Source: Bacteroidales bacterium
GTDB taxonomy: Bacteria; Bacteroidota; Bacteroidia; Bacteroidales; PXBB01
Direction: 5' to 3'
DNA length: 64,000 nucleotides
NCBI GenBank assembly: GCA_028698995.1
Contig: JAQVVM010000017.1
Location: forward strand, 1,588 to 65,587
Both the position numbers and the translations under genes were made by a program. Under the pieces are notes generated by a model that ran no database searches, had not been told where the DNA came from, and worked only from the letters and a program-made list of their open reading frames with translations. Positions 1 to 8,897 of the stretch are shown here, piece after piece; positions within the stretch are counted from its first letter, which is position 1; the number at the start of each line of letters is the position of its first letter.

Positions 1-3000
1 AAAAGAATTATAAATCTAGCCTATCAAGATAGTCAAAGCAGGTTTAAGACGATATTTGAATCGTCTCAAGATGCCTATATGTTGATTGACCAGAACAGAT
101 TTATTGACTGTAACAAAGCTACTTTAGAGATTTTTGCTTGTCCAACGAAGGAAGATTTTTGTTTAAAGCATCCTGCTGACTTTTCTCCTCCAACCCAACC
201 CGATGGAACTGAATCAGTGTTTTCATCGAATCAAAAAATCAAGGAAGCATTAAGCAAAGGAAATATATCTTTTGAATGGGTACACAAGAAGTTTAATACT
301 GATGAATTTTTCTTTACAGAAGTACATCTTAATGTTGTGAAATTAGAAGAGAAATCTATTCTCCAGGCTGTAGTAAGGGATATCAGCGAACGAAAAAGGA
401 ATGAAGAATACAAACAACTTTCATCTGATATCTTAGCTGTGCTCAATAGTTCTATGGATATTGACAGTAGTTTGATAAAAGTTACACAGCTTATTAAATT
501 AAAAACTCATGTGGATGCTATAGGGATACGTTTTAAAAAAAATGAAGACTTTCCATATCTTTATCATGATGGCTTTAACTCTGATTTTCTTGAAACAGAA
601 AATTCCCTTATAGCTTTATGCAGCGATGGTAGATTGAGTAAAAACACCAGATCAGGTCTTAATTATGAGTGTTTATGTGGATTGGTAGTATCAGGTAAGC
701 ATAAATATAATTCATCGATTTTTACGCCTTATGGTTCATTATGGGCAAATGATTTAAAATGTTGTATTGGAAAAACAAATATTAAAAAGATTGTAGAGAA
801 TCAGAGAAGTAATTGTATTAACAGTGGTTTTAATTCTTTCGCTCTCATTCCTATTGAAGGGGATAATTACCGATTAGGTCTTCTGCATCTTGCTCATAAA
901 AAGGAGAATTTTTTTAATAAAGATTTAATTGAACTAATTGAAAGGTTAAGTGCCAATATTGGAATAACGCTGATGCGCAAAGAGGCAACTGAGAGATTAA
1001 AATTTCAACTTGAATTTCAGAGTTTGGTGACACAGGTTTCGCGTTCTTTTATGAGTGCAAACAATAAATTCCTTGATAAGTATATTAAAAAAGTTCTGGA
1101 AAAGATAGGGGATTTTCTTAATGTTGACCGCAGTTATATTTACATGTTTTATGAAGGTCATATCATGGAAAATACGCTGGAATGGATTTTAAAGGAAGTA
1201 AAATTGCCTGCAAACAGGAAAAGGAAATATTCAATGGACAAGTTGCCATGGCTATGTGCCGAGGTTATGAAACAAAAACCTGTTTATATTGAAGATACCC
1301 ATAATTTACCAAAAAAGGCCGACCTTGAGAAGAAAATTTTCTTAAATCAGGGAATAAAGTCGATGCTTTGTTTGCCTTTAATGAATGAAAGAAATGTGAT
1401 AGGATTTCTTGGTTTTGATTCTGTGAAGAATTATAAGTACTGGTCTGAAAAGGAGATTTCATTTTTAGGAGTAATTGCAGAAGTCATTTCCAATGCTATA
1501 AATAGAAAAAAAGCAGAAGATGTATTAAAAGTTGCAAAGAAACAAGCTGAGAGTGCCAGTAAGGCAAAATCTGATTTTTTGTTTAATATGAGTCATGAAT
1601 TGCGAACACCTTTAAATTCAATAATCGGGTTCACAAATCTTTTGGATTACGCGGAATTAAAAGGTGTTCACGGCAATTATCTGAATTATATCGGGAATTC
1701 AGCTCATTCATTATTAAGCATAATAAACGTTATTCTTGATATTTCAAAATTTGAAACCGGAAAATTTAAACTGGAAAATTCAGAAACAGATATTGTCCAT
1801 TTACTTGGCAAAGTGACCGATAATATTAAACAGAATTTACAAGATAAGGAAGTTGAATTGCTTCTGAATATTCCCAACGATATTCCTCGTAAAGTTGTAA
1901 CTGATCCTAATAGATTATCTCAAGTGTTGATTAATCTTACCGGAAATGCCATTAAGTTTACAAATAAAGGAGAAATTGAAATCAGTCTTTCTTATGAGAA
2001 GTTGACAAACACTACCGGTGCTTTTACGTTCAGTGTACGAGATACAGGTATTGGAATCTCAACAAGTGCTCAAGAGAAAATTTTTGACTCTTTTTATCAA
2101 GTTGATACATCTGTAACAAGGAAATATGGCGGAACAGGTCTTGGGTTAGCCATATCCAATAGAATTGTAAAAAAGATGGGGGGGGAGCTTAAAATAAAAA
2201 GTTCTGTTGGTAAAGGTAGTACTTTTTATTTTACTGTAAAGACAGTATTTAAAGAAGAAGAGGAAGAAAATAATAAAACTATTTCAAGTAATATCAGGGT
2301 GTTGATAGTTGTTGATAATTTAAAAAATAGACAGATCATTAATAATATGCTTTTATATTGGCAGGTTAACACGCTACATGCCAAGAATTCTGAAGAAGCC
2401 TTGAGAATTTATAACAATCCAAGTACACCAAAAATTGATGCCGTTTTAGTTGATTTTCTTGTTGAAGGGGTTGATAGTACTGAGAACATTATTAAAATTA
2501 AAGAAAGTAAATATTTTGAGAATCATAAATCTGTGTTTTTTGTATTACATAAAGTTGGGGAGGAGAAAGCCATTTTCAACAAATTAGGATTGCTGAAACC
2601 AACAATTTTAATTGATAAGCCATTAAAGTCAGATAAGTTTTTTCTATATATAAAAAATCTTTCCTCCTCTGAGGAGGATATTGAATCGGCCGTTTCTAAG
2701 TCAATTGATTTTGAAAGTCAATTTTCAGGAGCACCAAAAATATTGGTTGTTGAAGATGTTGAAATTAATATGAAGTTAATAAAAGCCACTCTTAAACGTG
2801 TTATTCCTGAAGCCGATTTATTTGAAGCAGTTAATGGAAAAGAAGCCCTCGTACAATATAAAAATAACAAACCCGATATTATTTTTATGGATATTCAGAT
2901 GTCTGTAATGGATGGATTTACTGCCTCTAGAATAATTCGGGAAATTGAAGAAAAGTCTGATATAAGAACTCCAATTGTTGCCCTTACTGCACATGCTTTA

Positions 3001-3480
3001 AAAGGTGACAAGGAAAAATGTATTGCTGCTGGGATGGATGATTATATGTCTAAACCTTTCGAAATCCCTCACCTGAAAAATATCATTGATAAATATCTGT
3101 TTAAGAAAACAGTAAGAATATATAAACGAAGATATGAATTAAGCAAAGAACACTTTGATAAGGCAGATTATGTAAAACGTAACAGTGATGATAAAGAGTT
3201 GGCTCAGGAACTTTTTGTTTTATTCTTTGAAGGGATGAACAAATATACAAGTGGAATTAAGAATGCGATTGAGAATGGTAATCAAAAGGATTTGTTTTTT
3301 AATGCTCATTCTTTAAAAGGAGCTGCACGTCTTATTGCCTTTTATACGCTTGCAGATTACGCTTTGGAAATTGAAAACTCAGATATCAACGACAAAGATA
3401 AAATCAATAATTTACTTAATAAAATTTTCGATGAAGTTGTAATGCTGAAAGAATTGACAACTAACTTTTTAAATGAATAA
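1..3480 (+). CDS. Hybrid sensor histidine kinase / response regulator with C-terminal HPt domain (5' end cut by window edge)
   Basis: Frame 1 is open from nt 1 (KRIINLAYQDSQSRFKTIFESSQDAYMLID...) and runs straight into the track ORF at 79, so the first PAS domain starts upstream of the window. Domain order read from the translation: PAS; two GAF-like regions; HisKA H-box (FNMSHELRTPLNSIIGF); HATPase boxes (NLTGNAIKFT, DTGIGI, GGTGLGLAI); a degenerate receiver (VVDN...VLVDFLV); a canonical receiver (ILVVEDVEINM...IIFMDIQMSVMDG...MSKPF); HPt (NAHSLKGAARLI). Confidence 0.9.
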   Translation, partial: KRIINLAYQDSQSRFKTIFESSQDAYMLIDQNRFIDCNKATLEIFACPTKEDFCLKHPADFSPPTQPDGTESVFSSNQKIKEALSKGNISFEWVHKKFNTDEFFFTEVHLNVVKLEEKSILQAVVRDISERKRNEEYKQLSSDILAVLNSSMDIDSSLIKVTQLIKLKTHVDAIGIRFKKNEDFPYLYHDGFNSDFLETENSLIALCSDGRLSKNTRSGLNYECLCGLVVSGKHKYNSSIFTPYGSLWANDLKCCIGKTNIKKIVENQRSNCINSGFNSFALIPIEGDNYRLGLLHLAHKKENFFNKDLIELIERLSANIGITLMRKEATERLKFQLEFQSLVTQVSRSFMSANNKFLDKYIKKVLEKIGDFLNVDRSYIYMFYEGHIMENTLEWILKEVKLPANRKRKYSMDKLPWLCAEVMKQKPVYIEDTHNLPKKADLEKKIFLNQGIKSMLCLPLMNERNVIGFLGFDSVKNYKYWSEKEISFLGVIAEVISNAINRKKAEDVLKVAKKQAESASKAKSDFLFNMSHELRTPLNSIIGFTNLLDYAELKGVHGNYLNYIGNSAHSLLSIINVILDISKFETGKFKLENSETDIVHLLGKVTDNIKQNLQDKEVELLLNIPNDIPRKVVTDPNRLSQVLINLTGNAIKFTNKGEIEISLSYEKLTNTTGAFTFSVRDTGIGISTSAQEKIFDSFYQVDTSVTRKYGGTGLGLAISNRIVKKMGGELKIKSSVGKGSTFYFTVKTVFKEEEEENNKTISSNIRVLIVVDNLKNRQIINNMLLYWQVNTLHAKNSEEALRIYNNPSTPKIDAVLVDFLVEGVDSTENIIKIKESKYFENHKSVFFVLHKVGEEKAIFNKLGLLKPTILIDKPLKSDKFFLYIKNLSSSEEDIESAVSKSIDFESQFSGAPKILVVEDVEINMKLIKATLKRVIPEADLFEAVNGKEALVQYKNNKPDIIFMDIQMSVMDGFTASRIIREIEEKSDIRTPIVALTAHALKGDKEKCIAAGMDDYMSKPFEIPHLKNIIDKYLFKKTVRIYKRRYELSKEHFDKADYVKRNSDDKELAQELFVLFFEGMNKYTSGIKNAIENGNQKDLFFNAHSLKGAARLIAFYTLADYALEIENSDINDKDKINNLLNKIFDEVVMLKELTTNFLNE

Positions 3481-3525
3481 ATTATTATTAAAAGAAACTT
3501 TTATTTGAAATATAAAATGTAAAAA

Positions 3526-4731
3526 ATGAGAAAATACCTGTTCTATTTAGTCATTATTATAATTATCCTTATTCCTTTATGGATGTATCTTTTTTGGTTG
3601 TTAACACCAGAAAAGGAAATGAGAATTCTAATGCTTGACAAAACGATGTTGAACAAGAAAACACAGGAGCATATTTCTTTAAATTGGGTTCTGACAAATT
3701 CCAAATATGTGAAATGTAAAGATTCTTTATATGATCGTTTTAAGGATTATTACGGCTTTTTCCCAAAAATTAAATTTGATTATGATATAAAAGATTTTAA
3801 CCATCTTAATGACAGTATGCTGCGAGTTTTTGCAGATCAGTACGACATGGTCTATTATACTGATTTGTATGGAATCTACTCAATTGAATGGTTTGAAGAG
3901 AATAAGAAGTATTATCCATTGGGTTATTTTGATAATGAAAAAATCCCTGCACTTGAGCGTTCACGAAAAATTTATGGTGGCCTTACCCATAAAGAAATGG
4001 ATGTTTTGGAAATAATGAAAGAGCAAAAAAAGCTTATTATCACTGAGTTTAATATAATAGGTTCTCCAACTCCCTACAGAGTGAGGAAACGATTTCAGGA
4101 TGCTTTTGATATGCGTTGGTCGGGTTGGGTTGGAAGATACTTCAGTACTTTGGATACCAATATTAACAAAGAGATACCACATTGGTTAAAAAATAACTAT
4201 ATCATGCAACACGATAGTGTGTGGCCATTTACCAAATCTGGAATTGCATTTGTTAGAAATGATGACTGGATTGAGATACTTGAAAATGAGACGCATCTTA
4301 ATGTTGAAATACCAATGATTCATACGGGTGAAAAATTTCAGGATAAATATGGCTTACCTGCTGTTATGAAATATCCATTCTGGTTTGATATTATATATAC
4401 AGGAGATACCAATGAAATAGTTTCAGAGTATAGATTAAATCCAAATGAAGCTGGTGCGAAAATTTTAAGAAAATTTCGGATTCCTGTTATTTTTCCAGCT
4501 GTTATTGAACATGAGCAAAATTATCTGTTTCATTATTTTGCCGGAGATTTTTGCGATAACCCCGTAACGATGAAAATGTCGAGACTTCGCGGTATTCATT
4601 TGTTTAGTTGGCTTTTCTATGAAAAAAGTATAGATGAAAGATACAGCTTTTTCTGGCGCTTTTACCGTCCATTAGTGAAAACAATACTAAATTCATATTA
4701 TAATAATAGTATAAAACCCAAGAATAAATAA
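3526..4731 (+). CDS. Hypothetical N-terminally membrane-anchored protein, aromatic-rich, no domain recognised
   Basis: 401-aa ORF with one N-terminal hydrophobic helix (YLFYLVIIIIILIPLWMYLFWLL). It starts 45 nt after the kinase stop on the same strand and lies upstream of the polysaccharide locus. I recognise no catalytic motif. Confidence 0.65.
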   Translation: MRKYLFYLVIIIIILIPLWMYLFWLLTPEKEMRILMLDKTMLNKKTQEHISLNWVLTNSKYVKCKDSLYDRFKDYYGFFPKIKFDYDIKDFNHLNDSMLRVFADQYDMVYYTDLYGIYSIEWFEENKKYYPLGYFDNEKIPALERSRKIYGGLTHKEMDVLEIMKEQKKLIITEFNIIGSPTPYRVRKRFQDAFDMRWSGWVGRYFSTLDTNINKEIPHWLKNNYIMQHDSVWPFTKSGIAFVRNDDWIEILENETHLNVEIPMIHTGEKFQDKYGLPAVMKYPFWFDIIYTGDTNEIVSEYRLNPNEAGAKILRKFRIPVIFPAVIEHEQNYLFHYFAGDFCDNPVTMKMSRLRGIHLFSWLFYEKSIDERYSFFWRFYRPLVKTILNSYYNNSIKPKNK

Positions 4732-4923
4732 TTGCAATTTTGTATATGAATAGTAACTTAATAATTACAAATGATATTAAATTTAAAGATTCACTATATT
4801 TGTATATCAAAAAACTAAATGAATTAAACTGTAATTTTTTAGAAACAAATACTAAAATTGAACGTATAAAAAAAGTTTTAAATAGATTTTAAGAAAATCA
4901 TAACCATGTAAATACCCAATGCC

Positions 4924-5691
4924 ATGAGAATAATAATTGATAAAAACAAATCAAAAATCAAATCTTTCAATATCACGCCTACAGAAGATGGCTTTGAATT
5001 GAAAATGATTGTTAAAGATGATGATATTGCAACCAATAAAATGGATGTTTTTAGTAAAGTTCAGTTTGAATTTGCTGATGATGAAGAAACGCCAATACCT
5101 GTTGCAAAAAAGAAAACTCCAGTAGTTGAAGAAGAAGTTATTCCTCCAAAAAAAGTTGTTGCTGAAGAACCCGAAGAAGAAGATAGGCTTAACAAGTTTA
5201 ACAAGAGGGTTGAGGAATTAACGTCATCAATTATACCCGGGAACTTGAAAAGTAAGGAACAGGTTATGGAAACTAAAGGGAAATCCATACTTGTTGTTGA
5301 AGATGACTTAATGATCAACAAAGCCATTACAAACAAATTGACAAAAAGTGGGTATGTTGTTTATAGCGCCAAGGACGGAGAAGAAGGTATTGAAAAAATT
5401 CTTGACAACATGCCTGATTTAATAATTACAGACGTTATGATGCCCTATATTAATGGTCTTGAACTTATTGAATTTGTAAGAAAAAACCTCAGAACCAGTA
5501 TTCCTGTTATAGTTCTGTCTTCTCTTGAAGATGAAGAATCTATTTTAAAGTCTTTTAAAGTTGGTGCTGATGATTATTTGTCTAAACCATTCGGGCCAGA
5601 AGAATTGATACTCAGAGTAAGGCGTTTACTTATGTTTACTGATAATATGAGTAAAAATATAAATATTAATATCAACAAAGGCAAAGCGTAG
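4924..5691 (+). CDS. Single-domain response regulator (C-terminal receiver) with a novel short N-terminal domain and an acidic/Pro-rich linker; no DNA-binding output
   Basis: The receiver signature is present: ILVVEDDLMINK...DLIITDVMMPYINGLE...VIVLSSL...DDYLSKPF. The N-terminal ~115 aa comprise a ~55-aa unknown segment followed by PVAKKKTPVVEEEVIPPKKVVAEEPEEED. Confidence 0.85.
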   Translation: MRIIIDKNKSKIKSFNITPTEDGFELKMIVKDDDIATNKMDVFSKVQFEFADDEETPIPVAKKKTPVVEEEVIPPKKVVAEEPEEEDRLNKFNKRVEELTSSIIPGNLKSKEQVMETKGKSILVVEDDLMINKAITNKLTKSGYVVYSAKDGEEGIEKILDNMPDLIITDVMMPYINGLELIEFVRKNLRTSIPVIVLSSLEDEESILKSFKVGADDYLSKPFGPEELILRVRRLLMFTDNMSKNINININKGKA

Positions 5692-5720
5692 TTACTGTTT
5701 TTTGAAACAATATCTCTTTA

Positions 5721-7382
5721 ATGATGAACTTTATCCATAGGTTGTTTTTCATTTTTTCTTTGGTTTTATTATTGTTGCCTATTAGTGCTGAGGCTCAAAC
5801 AGACACGTTAAAACCAACCATTCTTGATGAGATTAAGGTTTTGATGCAATTGCCAAATACTGACAGTGCACTTAAATTATGTGAGAGTACATTGTCTGAA
5901 GATAGTGAACTCCATGATGTACGTTTGATGATGGCTGTCATATATTTACGTATGGATAGCCTCGATGATGCTCATAATGAATTGAGCTATATTACGTCAA
6001 GAAATTCGGATTATAAGGAGGCTTGGTTTCTTTTGGGTAACATCGCTTTATGGAAAAGCGATTATCAAATGGCTATAAGTAATTATTTTAAGGCATTTTC
6101 TTCTGAATATAATGAAGTCCTTACATTTAATAAAGCCATAGCACATTTTAAACTTAAAGATTATAACAGTGCTGAACCACTTATTGATACTGTTCTAGCA
6201 AAGAATCGCAACCATTCCGAAGCGCTTATTTTAAAAGATGAAATTATTCTTGCAAAAGCCAATGTAAAATTTGCAAATGGACAATTTGCAGAAGCACTTA
6301 AAGATTTCAAGTATTACGTTAATAAATACCCACTTGTTAACGATGCCCGTTTTAACCTGAGTCGCACTTATTATTCACTTAACTATGTTGACTCATCGCT
6401 GAATCATCTTGATACTATATTACAAAAGGACAGCATGAATTATGATGCATTGATGTATATTACCAATATTTATATGGGGAAAAGGGATTGGGATAATGCC
6501 CTTAAATACCATCAAAGACTTTTAAAACTTCATCCGGATGATCCTGCTTTTCTACTCCGTCTTGCTCAGATTCTTAAAGAAAAAGCCATGTATCAGGAAG
6601 CCTATAATGTCGCTGATACCCTTTATACTAGAAACAATGCCGATTCCAATGCTTTGGAACTTTTGTATGAATTATCACCCTATGTTTTTCGTAATACATT
6701 TACAGCCTCTTATAATGTAGATGCTTTTAAAGATTTTGGACCTTGGCATTTTATTTATATACAGTTATCAAGAAGCTATGATAAAAATATTTTTGTAGGA
6801 CGTGTCAACAGGGCAGAGAAAAGAGGTTTGGTAGGATTACAATTGGAAGGTGATTATTATAGGAAAATGAAAAATAAATCATATTTCTATGCAAATTTGG
6901 GTTTATCACGTGATTCATTGTTCCCCAGTTTAAGAATTGGGGCAGAATACTTTCATTACTTTAATCCAACTGTTGAAGGTTCTTTAGGATTCCGATATCT
7001 AGAGTTTGACACATTGAACCTTACAATTTTTACAGCCTCAATTGGAAAATATATAAACAAACTTTATGCTGGTTACAGACTTTATACTACACAGATTGAC
7101 AAAACATATTACAGTACCAATGTTTTTTCTGTAAGGGTTTTCGGGAAACATGACAATTTCGTCGGCATACAATATCTTTATGGTTTACTTCATGATGAAA
7201 ATGCATGGTTTAGTAATGATGTTTATAAACTCAAATCGAATACCATAAGGCTTGAATTTTTTAGGAGAATTAGTCCTGTGCTATCTTTTCAGATTAATGG
7301 CGCTTTTGCGACTGAAGAATATAAGCAAAACTTAAAGAGGCAGAAATACAGTGTTGAATTTATTATTAACAGATTATTTTAG
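5721..7382 (+). CDS. Outer-membrane export protein candidate: signal peptide, N-terminal TPR repeats, C-terminal YaiO-like beta-barrel
   Basis: Signal peptide FIFSLVLLLLPISAEAQ. The first ~300 aa are TPR-like helical repeats (AWFLLGNIALWKSDYQMAISNYFKA, ALKYHQRLLKLHPDD). The C-terminal ~230 aa show an alternating aromatic/Gly beta-strand pattern and end ...EFIINRLF, with the terminal aromatic typical of OM barrels. Confidence 0.7.
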   Translation: MMNFIHRLFFIFSLVLLLLPISAEAQTDTLKPTILDEIKVLMQLPNTDSALKLCESTLSEDSELHDVRLMMAVIYLRMDSLDDAHNELSYITSRNSDYKEAWFLLGNIALWKSDYQMAISNYFKAFSSEYNEVLTFNKAIAHFKLKDYNSAEPLIDTVLAKNRNHSEALILKDEIILAKANVKFANGQFAEALKDFKYYVNKYPLVNDARFNLSRTYYSLNYVDSSLNHLDTILQKDSMNYDALMYITNIYMGKRDWDNALKYHQRLLKLHPDDPAFLLRLAQILKEKAMYQEAYNVADTLYTRNNADSNALELLYELSPYVFRNTFTASYNVDAFKDFGPWHFIYIQLSRSYDKNIFVGRVNRAEKRGLVGLQLEGDYYRKMKNKSYFYANLGLSRDSLFPSLRIGAEYFHYFNPTVEGSLGFRYLEFDTLNLTIFTASIGKYINKLYAGYRLYTTQIDKTYYSTNVFSVRVFGKHDNFVGIQYLYGLLHDENAWFSNDVYKLKSNTIRLEFFRRISPVLSFQINGAFATEEYKQNLKRQKYSVEFIINRLF

Positions 7383-7387
7383 TTAAA

Positions 7388-8893
7388 ATGCTACTAAGCT
7401 TTTTTGAAAACATCGAATTACATAATTTTATTAATCTTTTTATAGCTTCTGTATTGTTTTATATAGTAGCATTCAGAGAAATTAATGAAGATAAAGTTTC
7501 AAAAACATATAACAAAGCCATTCTTTTTATTCTTTGCATTATTGTTCTTGAAGGCATTATAATTAATATTCTATATTATACAAAGGGAAGTTATCTTTCT
7601 GAGTACGGATTTGCAATATTGTTTATAAACAATTTGTACATTCTAATTGCACTTTTGTCCATCTGGATTTATTACTATAGAAGACTGTATGGAAAAAGAA
7701 GAAATTTTATTATTTATTCCATTATCGGTTTGTGCATTTTATTCATTGTAATAATTCTGATTTTAATAACAAGTGGCGTTCATTTTGGGAATTCTGATTC
7801 AACTGAATATGCTACTATTTTTAATTTTTTAGATTTGAAAATTAAAATTCTATTGACTTTAATTTTAATTTTTACTCTTCTTAGTGTGTCTTTTTTCTCA
7901 ATTATCTTATTGAGCCGTTTGGTAAGAGGATATGTTAATAAAAGAAATAATGAACATAAAAAATATTTATTTGAGCAATTAAGTCAGTATATATATGCCG
8001 AAAAAGAAACACGGGAATTAATTAAAAGTGATATTGAACTGTTTTTGAAGGGAGGTAAAGGGAGAAAACAACTTACTGTAGATGTGATAATCAACCTGAA
8101 GAAAAATATAAGTGGTGATTTAAGTAAAAATATTACTGATTTATACTATGCTTTGAAATTAGATGATTTTTCAATGAGAAAAATAAATAGTAGAAAGTGG
8201 TTCATAAGAGCTAAGGGTATTAGAGAAATTTCTGATATGGACATCGCTGATTTTGGGAATAATATCAGAGATTTTCTGGATAGCAAAAATGATATTTTAA
8301 GGGGAGAAGCAATTTTTGCAGTATCGAATCTGTTCGGTTCAAAGAATCCTGTTTGTTTCCTTTCTGATTACAAACAGAAGCTAAATTTATGGGAACAGAT
8401 AAATATTATTTTCAACTCAATAAAGAAACGTCAGTTAATTTCTAATCTTGATAACATAATTAAAAGTAAAAACGAATCTGTAAAAGTATTTGCTTTAAGA
8501 CTAGTGAAAATCAACAAATTATCCAATTATTATCCAAATGTGATTGATTTTATAAGGTACAGCCCTTCAGACTTGGTTAGGAGTGAATCTTATAAAGCAT
8601 TTGCTGCACTAAATATCTCTGATGATATTGAAATTCTTTTTGAGAAGTATTTTATGGAAACATATTCAAACAAAATTGAAATTTTAAAAGTGTTGGTTCA
8701 GATACCTGAAAATGCAAGTTTGTCGTTCCTTAAAAGTATTCTTTTAAATGAAAATGATTACAAAATACGCTTATTAATTTGTAAAGGCATAGAGGCATTA
8801 GGTTCACCGATGAATGTTTATTTACGCAATCTCATGCAAGAGAAGAGTTCTTTACGACCTTATATTTTACATGCAATAGATAAAAGATTATAA
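7388..8893 (+). CDS. Polytopic inner-membrane protein with cytoplasmic HEAT/armadillo-like repeat domain
   Basis: The N-terminal ~190 aa contain about 5-6 hydrophobic helices. The C-terminal ~300 aa have repeated helical units (WFIRAKGIREIS, DILRGEAIFAVSNL, SVKVFALRLV, DLVRSESYKAFAAL, DYKIRLLICKGIEALG) typical of HEAT repeats. The gene starts 6 nt after the preceding gene and ends 4 nt before the GT2 gene. Confidence 0.65.
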   Translation: MLLSFFENIELHNFINLFIASVLFYIVAFREINEDKVSKTYNKAILFILCIIVLEGIIINILYYTKGSYLSEYGFAILFINNLYILIALLSIWIYYYRRLYGKRRNFIIYSIIGLCILFIVIILILITSGVHFGNSDSTEYATIFNFLDLKIKILLTLILIFTLLSVSFFSIILLSRLVRGYVNKRNNEHKKYLFEQLSQYIYAEKETRELIKSDIELFLKGGKGRKQLTVDVIINLKKNISGDLSKNITDLYYALKLDDFSMRKINSRKWFIRAKGIREISDMDIADFGNNIRDFLDSKNDILRGEAIFAVSNLFGSKNPVCFLSDYKQKLNLWEQINIIFNSIKKRQLISNLDNIIKSKNESVKVFALRLVKINKLSNYYPNVIDFIRYSPSDLVRSESYKAFAALNISDDIEILFEKYFMETYSNKIEILKVLVQIPENASLSFLKSILLNENDYKIRLLICKGIEALGSPMNVYLRNLMQEKSSLRPYILHAIDKRL

Positions 8894-8897
8894 CAAT

